Under the pieces are notes generated by a model. That model had not been told where the DNA came from. It did no database searches and saw only the letters and a program-made list of their open reading frames with translations. A stretch of DNA of 63,965 bases, the filler included, from Octopus bimaculoides (Eukaryota): NCBI RefSeq assembly GCF_001194135.2. It is 6 parts of 6 records of this genome, joined end to end, with 100 filler letters (N's around TTAATTAATTAA, not from the genome) between each part and the next. Parts side by side here need not be neighbours in the genome. Positions count along the whole stretch, not along the records: positions 1 to 16,339 come from NC_068985.1; positions 16,440 to 36,527 come from NC_069000.1; 4 more parts are not named here. One strand, written 5' to 3'. A program made the position numbers and the translations under genes. Below are positions 11,409 to 22,865 of this stretch, one piece after another. How positions within the stretch are numbered: position 1 is the first letter of the stretch; each line of letters begins with the position of its first letter.

Positions 11409-11756
11409 TTCTGTGTAGAAACTACCTACTTCAGTATGGACACTGATATATATCGACAAGAAGATGGTTTAGCTATGGGTTCGCCATTATCACCGATAAT
11501 AGCCAATATATACATGGAATACTTCGAGAATTTGGCTTTAGGATCAACACCACTAAAACCAACCCTATGGCTGCGATACGTTGATGACACCTTTATTCTC
11601 TGGCCCCACCAGCAAGATGTCCAAATGCTGCTAGATCATGTGAACTCAATAAATCCATCCATACAGTTTACCATGGAAAAGGAACAGAACAATCAGCTGG
11701 CATTCCTGGACGTATTAATAACACGCACCGAGTATGGATTCAGGACATCCGTATAT
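11409..11756 (+). mobile_element. Penelope-like element reverse transcriptase fragment (runs into an N gap)
   Basis: FCVETTYFSMDTDIYRQEDGLAMGSPLSPIIANIYMEYFE...WLRYVDDTF...IQFTMEKE...LAFLDVLI...TSVY: GLAMGSP, YVDD and FLD motifs typical of PLE RTs; no stop codon in 116 codons. Confidence 0.9.
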
Positions 11757-12519
11757 NNNNNNNNNNNNNNNNNNNNNNNNNNNNNNNNNNNNNNNNNNNN
11801 NNNNNNNNNNNNNNNNNNNNNNNNNNNNNNNNNNNNNNNNNNNNNNNNNNNNNNNNNNNNNNNNNNNNNNNNNNNNNNNNNNNNNNNNNNNNNNNNNNNN
11901 NNNNNNNNNNNNNNNNNNNNNNNNNNNNNNNNNNNNNNNNNNNNNNNNNNNNNNNNNNNNNNNNNNNNNNNNNNNNNNNNNNNNNNNNNNNNNNNNNNNN
12001 NNNNNNNNNNNNNNNNNNNNNNNNNNNNNNNNNNNNNNNNNNNNNNNNNNNNNNNNNNNNNNNNNNNNNNNNNNNNNNNNNNNNNNNNNNNNNNNNNNNN
12101 NNNNNNNNNNNNNNNNNNNNNNNNNNNNNNNNNNNNNNNNNNNNNNNNNNNNNNNNNNNNNNNNNNNNNNNNNNNNNNNNNNNNNNNNNNNNNNNNNNNN
12201 NNNNNNNNNNNNNNNNNNNNNNNNNNNNNNNNNNNNNNNNNNNNNNNNNNNNNNNNNNNNNNNNNNNNNNNNNNNNNNNNNNNNNNNNNNNNNNNNNNNN
12301 NNNNNNNNNNNNNNNNNNNNNNNNNNNNNNNNNNNNNNNNNNNNNNNNNNNNNNNNNNNNNNNNNNNNNNNNNNNNNNNNNNNNNNNNNNNNNNNNNNNN
12401 NNNNNNNNNNNNNNNNNNNNNNNNNNNNNNNNNNNNNNNNNNNNNNNNNNNNNNNNNNNNNNNNNNNNNNNNNNNNNNNNNNNNNNNNNNNNCTTAAAAT
12501 TCACCCCATAATTGCCCAC

Positions 12520-12592
12520 GGGCATATGGCGTAGTGGTTAAGAGCGCGGGCTACTAACCCCAAGGTTCCAAGTTCGATTCACGGCAGCGACC
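12520..12592 (+). other. tRNA-like Pol III head (SINE-type), not a functional tRNA
   Basis: A box TGGCGTAGTGG (12527-12537), B-box core GTTCGATTC (12572-12580), anticodon-like loop GGG-CTACTAA-CCC. The acceptor stem does not pair. Confidence 0.7.
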
Positions 12593-12683
12593 TGATTAAT
12601 AATAATAATAATAATAATATTATAATAATAATAATAATAGTAACATCGATAGGAATGAGAACCCAGGTTCGAAATTTCCCCAA

Positions 12684-12729
12684 GACACCTGACGAAGGTT
12701 GGAGGGTATATCAGCCGAAACGTTGTGTT
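12684..12729 (+). ncRNA. Minimal type-I hammerhead-like motif with palindromic helix III
   Basis: GACAC-CTGACGA-A-GGTTG-(10 nt)-CAGCC-GAAA-CGTT-GTGTT. Helix I 5 bp, helix II 5 bp, AACGTT palindrome, predicted GUU site after 12724. Confidence 0.7.
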
Positions 12730-12864
12730 AACAACAAACAAGATGAGGACGAATATCCGTCAAATGTAGATAATGTAAATAATGTTATTTCAAAACTATG
12801 GGGGATTGGTGATGCATATATGTATCATCCTCATCTGCATCATCACCATCATCACCATCATCAT

Positions 12865-13105
12865 CATTGTCATTGTCATTTTATGCCTCTTTTCCATGTT
12901 GGCATGGGTGGGACAGGTTGTCTGAATCAGTTCTTATTCAGAGCGTATCACCCTCCAATTTCAGACAAACTGGAGGGTGACATGTTGCTCATACATTTCC
13001 TTTTTAGTTTGTTATCTATGGCTGGATGCCCTCCCTGTTACCAACCACTTCACAGACTGTGCTGAATGCATTTTATCATGATACTAGCACTAGAACAGTT
13101 ACCTT
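12865..13105 (-). mobile_element. RTE 3' tail fragment
   Basis: (ATC)n followed by ...ttttccatgttggcatggg...gctggatgccct...aaccacttcacagactgtgctg, the reverse of the RTE tail. Confidence 0.6.
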
Positions 13106-13309
13106 GCACTCTCTAAGTCTGAAGAGTCCTCAATGTTTATATATGTTCATTCACTCGAGGTATAGCTCAAGAAGGTAAATGGTAGAGAAATTGATGACAG
13201 AAAAAGTGAAAGGGTCGATGAGTTAGGCTAGCAGGAGCATAATGATAGAAACATTTCATAGCAAGTGAGAGAGTAGTAAGAGAGGGAGAGCATGCCACCC
13301 TTAGTTACA

Positions 13310-13518
13310 CTCTTTTACTCTTTTACTTGTTTCAGTCATTTGACTGCAGCCATGCTGGAGCACCGCCTTTAGTCGAACAAATCGACCCCAGGACTTATTC
13401 TTTGTAAGCCTAGTACTTATTCTATCGGTCTCTTTTGCCGAACCACTAAGTGACGGGGATGCAAACACACCAGCATCGGTCGTCAAGCGAAGCTGGGGAG
13501 ACAAGCACAGACACACAA

Positions 13519-13569
<51 letters not shown>

Positions 13570-13734
13570 TATGACGGGCTTCTTTCAGTTTCCGTCTACC
13601 AAATCCACTCACAAGGCTTTGGTCGGCCCGATGCTATAGTAGAAGACACTTGCCCAAGATGCCACGCAGTGAGACTGAAGCCGGAACCATATGGTTGGTA
13701 AGCAAGCTACTTACCACACAGCCACTCCTGCGCC
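13310..13734 (-). mobile_element. SINE family A, full length, with internal (TA)n(TG)n
   Basis: Head ggcgcaggagtggctgtgtggtaag, central gggcaagtgtcttctactatag block, microsatellite 13505-13570, tail ...gactgaaacaagtaaaagagtaaaagag. Confidence 0.9.
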
Positions 13735-13999
13735 TGGCAGCATAGTACAGTGAATAGGAGAAAGAAATGAGTGAAAGGGGGACAAGGGGGTATCAAGACA
13801 TAGGAGAGGCAATATATGTAGGCTTAGCTGAGTCTATTAGACTAGAGACCCAAATGTCAATACCTCCCAGCTCCCATAATTTTTGCTAGTTTTAATGTTT
13901 TTACATTTGTAGCATTCATTTCATGGCCTCGGCATTACTCTCAGTTTCTAAAGTTTTTACAATTTTAATGCATGTTGCAAAGGTAGGCAGGTCTTTTCC

Positions 14000-14460
14000 A
14001 GTACTGCATGTCACTAACCATTTAAGCCCTTTGTTACCTCCACTGTGAGGCACAGCATCCTGAGACCAGGGACTTCATTACTTCATCTAATGTCATTCTT
14101 GGTCTTCCATATCCATCTTTGAGCCTTGCACTTCTTTATCCTCTATATGCTTCACATACTCTTACCAACACAACCTTTTCTCTTGTACACTACATCTGAT
14201 TTCTTTTATACTCAGTTCTTATGCCCATTCAGCAATTTCTCACAATAGCACCTCTATATCAATCATTTCTAAATCACTTGCTCCTGCAGCATTGACCTTA
14301 CCAACTTTAAAGGTCCTCTTTCATCTTGCACAAGAAGTACATATCTTTTTATTGCTGTTGGTCAATACTCCAAGTTTTCTTTTATTATTCCCTGCAAGGA
14401 TATGGCATCTATGCCTGTAGTCAGACGTCTAAACTTCATCTTTATGCTTTGAGGAATGCC
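14000..14460 (-). mobile_element. RTE ORF 3' fragment, heavily decayed
   Basis: Minus-strand GYGRPRMTLDEVMK resembles the RTE C-terminal GRPxxTWDEVVK motif (compare 25780-25835). Confidence 0.5.
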
Positions 14461-14833
14461 ATATTTGTTCATTCAGATAGAGGAATTTAATTTATATCTT
14501 GTGAAGTAAAAACTTACCAAACTAGTCAGTGAGAGGCATATTGTAAGGTCACTTCTTACCAAGCAACAAGAAATAATCAAATTGAAAGATATAATGGCAT
14601 TATTTGCAAGTCAGTAGAAGGTCCCAAATAAATTGCACTTCATATTTGAGACTCCGATGAAGCTATAAGGTGTCACTCAGGCACTCAGCTATCCACTGCA
14701 TCTTATAGCAGAAATAGCTGAAAGCTAATGAAGTTCATAAGATAAATACTAATTCCTTTATCTTCTCCCTTTCTTATTATTACTCTATTCTCAGCCAATA
14801 CTTCGTTCTGAAATATATGTATATTGAGTTCTA

Positions 14834-14897
<64 letters not shown>

Positions 14898-15121
14898 TTT
14901 ACAAGGTTTTGGTCAGCCCAAGGCTATAGATGACACTTACCCAGAGCCATGTGGTTGAGAAGCAAGCTTCTTAGCACACAGCCATACACATAAACATATA
15001 TGCATACATAAAATACATATATACATGTATACATATATATATACATATAAAGACATATACATACACAATGCGTATATATGTATCCCATACATATGTATGT
15101 ATATATATGTATATACATATG

Positions 15122-15161
<40 letters not shown>

Positions 15162-15162
<1 letters not shown>

Positions 15163-16339
15163 TAGGTTGTCAAGAAAGTTCTTGCGGTTTTTAACCTTAA
15201 AAATCAGATGCACATATCTCGGCTCAAACAAAACTTTATTAATTGAAATAAACACCATCAGAATCAACACACTTTTGCCAACGCGAAACAAGTTTATTTA
15301 TGCCAGTAGCATAAAAATCCTGCGTTCTGGTAGCAATGAAGTCGTTGAAGGCATATTTGGCATCGTCTTGGTTTTTGAAGCATTTCTCACGCAGGAAGTT
15401 GTCGAGATGCTTGAACAAGTGGTAGTCAGTAGGCTAGAGGTCTGGTGAGTATTGCAGATGAGGCAGAGTTTCGTAGCCAAATTTGTTCAACTTCTGCAGG
15501 GTCAATTGTGTGACATGCAGCCAAGCATTGCCGTGGAGAAGAATTGGTCCTTTTCTATTGACCAATACTGGCTGTTGTTGTCAGAATTTCTTATGCATTT
15601 CATCCATTTGCTGACAGTAATGGCTTCACCTGGATCCAAAAGCCATGATGGATGAGACGGGCCACAGACCACCAAACAGTCACCATGACCTTCTTTTGGT
15701 ACAACTTTGGAAGTGCCATGGAGCTTTGTCAGCGTCCAACCACTGAGCTGAGCATTGCCGGTTGTTGTAAAGAATCCACTTTTCATCACAAGTCACGATC
15801 TGGTTGAGAAACAGGTCGTTCTTGTTACATAAAAGAAGGGAAGACGATACTTCAAAATGGCATTTTTTTTGGTTGTCATTCAATTCATGCGGCACCCATT
15901 TCTCAAGTATTTTTGTTTTTCCAATCTCTTTCAAGTGGTTAGAAATTATCGTATACATTACATCTAAATCAGAAGCAAGCTCTCAAACAGTAGTGCGTGG
16001 ATTGGCTTCGACTAAGGCTCTTAGTTGATTGCTGTCAACGTCTGATGGCCGAACACAACGCTTATCATCTTCAAGACTCTCGTCACCGCTACAAAATTTC
16101 TTGAACCACCATTGTGCTGTACGTTCATTAGTGGTTCCTGGGCCAAATGCATCGCTGATATCGCAAGCTGTTTCAGCAACATTTTGGCCTAGCTTGAACA
16201 GGAATAAAAAAATTGTGTGAATTTGCTTTTTGTCCATGTTGTATTCAATGTTCCAGAAAAAATGGCCTAATTATTCAAAAAGTAAAAGAGTAACACAAGT
16301 AGTGAAAACAGGCTTTAAAATGATATATAAAGTCAAAGT
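15162..16339 (-). mobile_element. Hsmar1-like (cecropia-type) mariner, transposase pseudogene 15239-16237
   Basis: TIR TTAGGTTGTCAAGAAAGTTCTTGCGG; MDKKQIHTIFLF...QWWFKKFCSGDESLED...WVPHEL...IVTCDEKWILY...[15 protein letters not shown]...[10 protein letters not shown] with stops and frameshifts. The 5' end is cut by a scaffold spacer. Confidence 0.9.
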
Positions 16340-16439
16340 NNNNNNNNNNNNNNNNNNNNNNNNNNNNNNNNNNNNNNNNNNNNTTAATTAATTAANNNNN
16401 NNNNNNNNNNNNNNNNNNNNNNNNNNNNNNNNNNNNNNN
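16340..16439. other. Artificial scaffold spacer N44-TTAATTAATTAA-N44
   Basis: Exactly 44 N + 12 nt with stops in all six frames + 44 N; occurs five times. Confidence 0.97.
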
Positions 16440-16481
<42 letters not shown>

Positions 16482-17168
16482 CAACAGACATTTAATGATG
16501 ATGATGATGATGATAATGATATATATTATACAATGGGCTTTAAGTTTCTATCTACCAAATACACTTACAAGGCTTTGGTTGCACTGAACATGAAATCAAG
16601 TGGTTGGGAAGCAAACTTTTTACCACAGCCACACCTCACACACACTATATTAAAATATATGCACATATACAAGAATATATAAAGTCCATAGATGGGACCC
16701 AGACAGGTACTACCAATCTGGATCGGAACAGACCTAGGAGTAATGATAATTAAGGAGTGACTCCATGCTCCCCACAAACCCAGAACTAGGAGAAATATAC
16801 TCTAACATAAAATTTGCAATCAAAATTGTACCAGTCATCCTGCAATGCATATCATTGGAATCTACTATGGCAACCAAGAGAATGGCAAAAGTGTCATGCA
16901 AGCTTTTTTCACTTAAATCCAAGGACGTACACATGTCTCACTATCATATCATTTCTTGATCTATTTCGTATTTTTTAGAAAGTCCTGTACTGATTGATAA
17001 TGCATGACATGAAAAGTCATATCCATGCACAGGTATGGCTGTGTGGTAAGAAGTTTGCTCGCCAACCATATGGTCCTGAGTTCAATCCCACTATGTGGTA
17101 CCTTGGGCAAGTGTCTTCTACTACTATATATGATGGAGGCAATCATCGCGTGTGTGTGTGTTTGTGTA

Positions 17169-18300
17169 TAGGGTGCAAGGGTATTTGAGGACTATTCTCA
17201 TTATATTACTCTTTTGAACCAATTAAAAGGTCTTTATTTATTTCAGATCTCCTTTGGAAGATAAAATGCTGACACAAAAAATGAAAAGACATACAGTCAT
17301 TGTTGCCATATGTGCAGAACACAGTGATTTAGAAATTGCCAACATTCTAAATGTTGCAAGATATTTTGTGCATAAAATTCAAATGGAATTGGAAGCCTCT
17401 GGTAGGAATATGTCAACTGAATCAAAGAGAAAAGAACATTCTAAATATTTGGACACTCTAAAGACATTGCAAATCATCCAACAGATTCAAAATATTAAAA
17501 TGATGATCCCAGAAAATCAATGCTGGGGGGGGGGCATCACTAAAGAACTCCAGTTGTCAGAATAGCCTTCCAGAAATAGTGCACGAGAACATTTGATACA
17601 AGTTATATGTTTGAGGAGAGGCTAGTTCATGTCTGCAAAGTCACAGGAAAACTGCTTGATCAGTGTCAAGTGGTTACTTAACAATGTTAAAAATCCTCAC
17701 GAACATGGCAGGCTTTGGTTCTTTTCTCATGGGAAAAACTTTAACCAAACCAAAAATTTGACAGGAGAAATTACAGATTTTATGTGCAGATCCATCAGAT
17801 GTCCCCAGAGTGATATATCATAGGTTTCCAGCAACTATGATGGTTTTAGGAGTGGTGAGTAGCAAAGGCCATGTTATGCCACTTCACATCTCTCCACAAG
17901 ATCTTAGATACATTGAAGTGCTGGAAATAGTTGTTAAGCCCTCAATGGATGAAGTATGCAATGTTTCAACAAGACTCAGCATCTTCTTACAACGTCCACA
18001 TAACCCAAGAATGAGTGTTAGACAATGTAACATCAAACTTGAGGCCTCTGAACTTGCTAGATTTAAATCTCACAGACTATTACGTCGGGAGCATTCTTGA
18101 AAAGGAGACTAATCAACATCCTCACAATACTGTAGCTTCACTAAAGGCTTTCATTGTTCAAGCGATATCTGAAATGAATATGGATCAGTTAATGCAAGCA
18201 TGTCAAAGATTCCAATCTTGCATTGAAGCAATGATCAAAGCTGATGGCAGATTCGTCAAGTAATCTTATAAGAGAGCTTATCAAAAAGAAGTACACAATT
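17169..18300 (+). mobile_element. Tc1/mariner maT(DD37D)-like transposon, decayed
   Basis: ...WFFSHGKNF...FPATMMVLGVVSSKGHVMP...FQQDSA...RPLNLLDLNLTDYYVGSILEKETNQHPHNTVASLKAFI...QACQRFQSCIEAMIKADG; starts near TA-TAGGGTG. Confidence 0.75.
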
Positions 18301-18340
18301 TTTTTAAAAATACATTTAGTGTAGATGTGTGTGTGCAATA

Positions 18341-18407
<67 letters not shown>

Positions 18408-18904
18408 GTATCATCTTTATCATTTTAATGGCTATATTTACATGGTTGAGATGGAGTTTGTAGAAGAGGATTTTCTTGGCCAGATGCCAAGTTAATATTT
18501 CCTCAAGACCAGACATGATTTAGAAATTTGAAGACAAAAGACATTATTTACATGATGATAACACCCACTTACAACTATTGTACACTATCAAGGGACATAG
18601 TATGACAAACACACCTACATAGATATACATACATATATATATACACCTATACAAACACATGTGTAATATACATATATACACAAACATGATAGGCTATTTT
18701 CAAGTTAACCAAATCCATTCTCAAAGCCTTGGCTAGAAGATACTTGAGCAAGGTGCAACACAGTGGGACAGAACCTAAAATCATGTAGTTGGGAAGCAAA
18801 CATTTTACCACAATACCACAAAGCCATGCCATATATATATATATATATACATACATATATATATATATATATATACACATACATATATTTATATATATAT
18901 ATAT

Positions 18905-18943
<39 letters not shown>

Positions 18944-19488
18944 TATATATACACATACATATATATATATACACATACATATATATATATATATATACAC
19001 ATACATATATATATATATATATNNNNNNNNNNNNNNNNNNNNNNNNNNNNNNNNNNNNNNNNNNNNNNNNNNNNNNNNNNNNNNNNNNNNNNNNNNNNNN
19101 NNNNNNNNNNNNNNNNNNNNNNNNNNNNNNNNNNNNNNNNNNNNNNNNNNNNNNNNNNNNNNNNNNNNNNNNNNNNNNNNNNNNNNNNNNNNNNNNNNNN
19201 NNNNNNNNNNNNNNNNNNNNNNNNNNNNNNNNNNNNNNNNNNNNNNNNNNNNNNNNNNNNNNNNNNNNNNNNNNNNNNNNNNNNNNNNNNNNNNNNNNNN
19301 NNNNNNNNNNNNNNNNNNNNNNNNNNNNNNNNNNNNNNNTATATATATTAGGTTGTCTGGAAAGTTCTGAACGTTTTTAAGCAAAATCTTTTCACGCTTC
19401 ATTAAACACACTTGAAACATAACACAGTTAAAATTTTGGCATTACTTGAAGTGGTAGTGCATCTCTTCTTTGTTCCTAACTAAAAATA

Positions 19489-20730
19489 TTGGGTCATCCT
19501 ATAAATAATGCGGTTTTTTTATACTTATTTTAGTTTTCAAATTAAGATAAACAAAGTTCTTTATTAATCTAAAATATACTCTTCCTCATTTTCTACAATG
19601 CTCTTCCATCTATCTGGTAGACTTGCAAGGCCCCTCTTCAGAAATTCATTTGTCCGTGATGAAAAATACTCCTCCAGCACTGTTCTGATCTCATCTACAG
19701 AATTCATATTTTTTCCATCCAAATGATTTTGAAGACTGCAGAATAAATGATAATCAGTTGGGGTAATGTCTGGCGAATATGATGGGCAGGGCATCATTTC
19801 CCATCCTTTCAAATGGCCAAGCATTATCCTGATGGAAGAACACCTTTTGTCTTGAAACCAAAGATGGTCATTTTCCTTCTAGTGCTGACTTAAGCCACAC
19901 AAGCTGCTTGCAGTAGATCTCCTTTGTTTGGTTTAGGTTTAAAAGTTCAAAGTGGACTAAACTTTTCATATCCCAACAAACAGATTACAACACTTTACGT
20001 GGGTGAAGACCTTCTTTAGCTTAATTTGCTGGAGTTTCTCCTACCCACTCTCTTCAGCGCTTGACATTTTTATAGAGAACCCATTTTTTGTCACCAGTCA
20101 CTATTCGGTCCAAAAAAGGTTCATTCGTGAAATGTGACACTAAAGAAGAGCACACATTCACTCTCTGCATGCGATTAGACTCAGAAAGTTTGTGAGGAAC
20201 CCATTGATCCAATTTGCTGACTTTCCTGATGGCATGCAGGTGTGGATGAATGGTTGAATGTCCAAATCCAAACTTCTCTGCTTGTTCCTCAACAGTTACA
20301 ATGGGATTTTGTTCCACCAAGGTTTGCAGGACGTCCTTGTCGAGCTCTACAGATCTTCCAGAACAAAGCTTGTCTTCTAGGTTGTAGTTTCCGGCTTGGA
20401 ATTTCTGGAACCATTTTTAACACTTGCTTATGATTATTGTCCGATCCCCATATATTGCATTAATATTCCTCACACTTTCCATTGCATTGTTGCCTTTATT
20501 GAACACATAAAGCAAAATATGCCGAATATGCTCCTTTGTCACTTCCATTATAGATTTGAAAAAATAACTGTTAAAATCGAACTGCACTCTTCAAAACATG
20601 CACTAAGAATAAGGTCAAGGTAAAACTACTACTTTCTTTTTAGCAAGTTGATGCAGGTAGTTTATCCTGTCCACCTCCGACTTTTAGTTCATGCAATTGG
20701 AAAAACCATATGATTTATGGGATGACCCAA
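19489..20730 (-). mobile_element. mariner transposon with both TIRs (1242 bp); transposase pseudogene 19564-20548
   Basis: TA|TTGGGTCATCCTATAAAT at 19489 and ATTTATGGGATGACCCAA ending 20730. Motifs WVPHKL, IVTGDKKW, HQDNA, YSPDITPTDYHLF; stops and an internal deletion. Confidence 0.93.
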
Positions 20731-20773
20731 TGGATTTATCTTTCATTCCGGTTAACCTTTAGTGATATTTGAA

Positions 20774-21769
20774 ATGTATAACCAAAAAGTTCATATTTGC
20801 ATTGTAATGCTTTTCTTTTTCAAAAATGGAGAAAATGCTGCAAAGACTTGCAAAAACATTTGTGAAGTTTATGGTGATGATGCTGTAGGTGAATCAACTG
20901 TTCAAAGGTGATTTGCAAAATTTAAAGCTGAAGAGTTTAGCTTGGAAGATGGCAGTCACAGTGGAAGACCTTCAAAATTGGATAAAGATGTTTTGACGGC
21001 AAAAATTGAAGAAAACTCAAATATCATGTCTCGAGAACTTACAGAGGAATTGAAAGTTTCTAAAAGTATGGCTCATGAACACCTAGTGAAGCTAGGATAC
21101 ATTTCTCGCTATAACGTATGAGTCCCTTACAAACTCTCAGAAAAGAATTGCTTGGACGAGTATTCCATTCGTGATATGCTTTTGAAAAAGAATGAAAGCA
21201 TGCTTTTTTTTAAACAACTTGTAACTGGAGATGAAAAATGGATTGTGTAGGAAAACATAGTGCGCAAAAGATCATGGAATTTGCATAAGGATCCTTTAAG
21301 TAACCAAAGATCCCATAAGGATTCCATAAGTAACCAAAGACGAATATCCATACCAAAAAAGCTATGCTTTGTGTTTGGTGGGATCATAAAGGCATTATTT
21401 ATAATGAACTTCTCCCACAAAACCAGACATTTGAACCAAAATAACCAAAGAATTGAGACCAGAGATTGCCAACAGGAAAGGAGTAGTGTTCCAACAAGAC
21501 AATGCCCAACCACGTGTCTTTGGTTACCTGAACAAAGTTACATGAACTTGGATGGGATCTTTTGATATTGCGCCATCCGACTACCACTTGTTTTTGTCTT
21601 TACAGAACTCATTACAAAGAAAAACACTTAAAGATTTAGATGGAGTCAAAATGCATCTAGATAACTTTTTTCTACAAAACCAGTCAAATTTTATGCTGAT
21701 GGAATATTTAAATTGTCTGATAGCTGATGAAACTTTAAGTCAAGTGGAACTGAGTCAAACTGTTATTAA
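20774..21769 (+). mobile_element. mariner transposase pseudogene (distinct subfamily)
   Basis: MYNQKVHICIVMLFFFKNGENAAKTCKNICEVYG...GRPSKLD...*VPYKL...LVTGDEKWI...DIAPSDYHLFLSLQNSL; no TIRs recognised. Confidence 0.88.
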
Positions 21770-22095
21770 AAATAACATATAACTCCTACCAAATGTGTTG
21801 AGGGCTACTCTATATCATTTGTTCATTTGGATATATAAATATACATCATCATCATCATTTAATGTCCACTTTTCCATGAGTTAGACAGAGTTTATTGGGG
21901 CAAATTTTCTTTGGTCAAATGCCCTGCCTGTCACCAACTCTTATTGGCTTCCAAGCTAGGTAATATTTCCCATGGTCAGACATGTTCTCAAAGTATATGA
22001 GGAACAGCACTGCTTGTATGACAGTGACAATCATTTACAGCTATCATGCAATATCATGACAAGAAGACATAAACATACACACACACACACATATA

Positions 22096-22590
22096 TGAAG
22101 GCTGGCTAAAAATTTCATAGGTTGATCAAGATACTCTTATGGAATGTGACTAAATGAGGTTGATGTTTCAACATAGTCTGCCTTGTGGTCCACACACCAC
22201 TTCCACCAGTGTTGCAGTGCTTGAATCCTATTGGTGAAGCTTTCATCCTGTTGGTCAAAAAAAGTCAACAGCAGATATGATGTCATCATCACTGCAATAC
22301 TGATTCCCAGCGAAGTGGTTTTTCATGTGATAGTCAGATTGGGGTCAAATCAGGAGAATAGGGAGAATGATCAACCAGTTCAAAGCAAGTCATGCACAGT
22401 CACCATTGAAAGCAAGGACTTGTGTACTGGAGCATTGTCCTGATGAAACAGGACCCCTTTTGTCAGTTTTACTGAGCATTTGGTCTTGATAGCCTTTCAT
22501 AACTGCCTCAGCAAGTTGGCATAATACTCTCCACTGATGGTGTGGCCCTTTTGAAGGTAGTCAATAGATATATTGAATTTTTCATCCCCC
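22096..22590 (-). mobile_element. mariner 3' fragment
   Basis: Minus-strand ELVDHSPYSPDLTP; end TA|TGAAGG resembles a CpG-decayed TA|CGAGGG TIR. Confidence 0.7.
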
Positions 22591-22865
22591 AAAAAGTGTT
22601 GTCCAGCTTTGCATTGAACACATCCTTTACTGAGGTAAACACTTCCTATCTTGCTCTGATTCTCCTCAAGATTTTAGCATTCATGTCTTGGCACATTCAT
22701 TGTGCACCCCAAACATATATATATATATGAGCATACATATTTACATAAATATATATATATAACAAATAATATGTACAAAAAAAGTCATATCTTAAAAATC
22801 CAACAATTGTTTCAATTGCATTAACATATACATACACACACACACACACACACACACATATAAAT

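Noticed and set aside
12520-12592. Functional tRNA gene (anticodon ACT)
   Set aside because: The acceptor stem does not pair, the anticodon stem is only 3 bp, and it is followed by repeat-element sequence. Treated as a SINE-type head.
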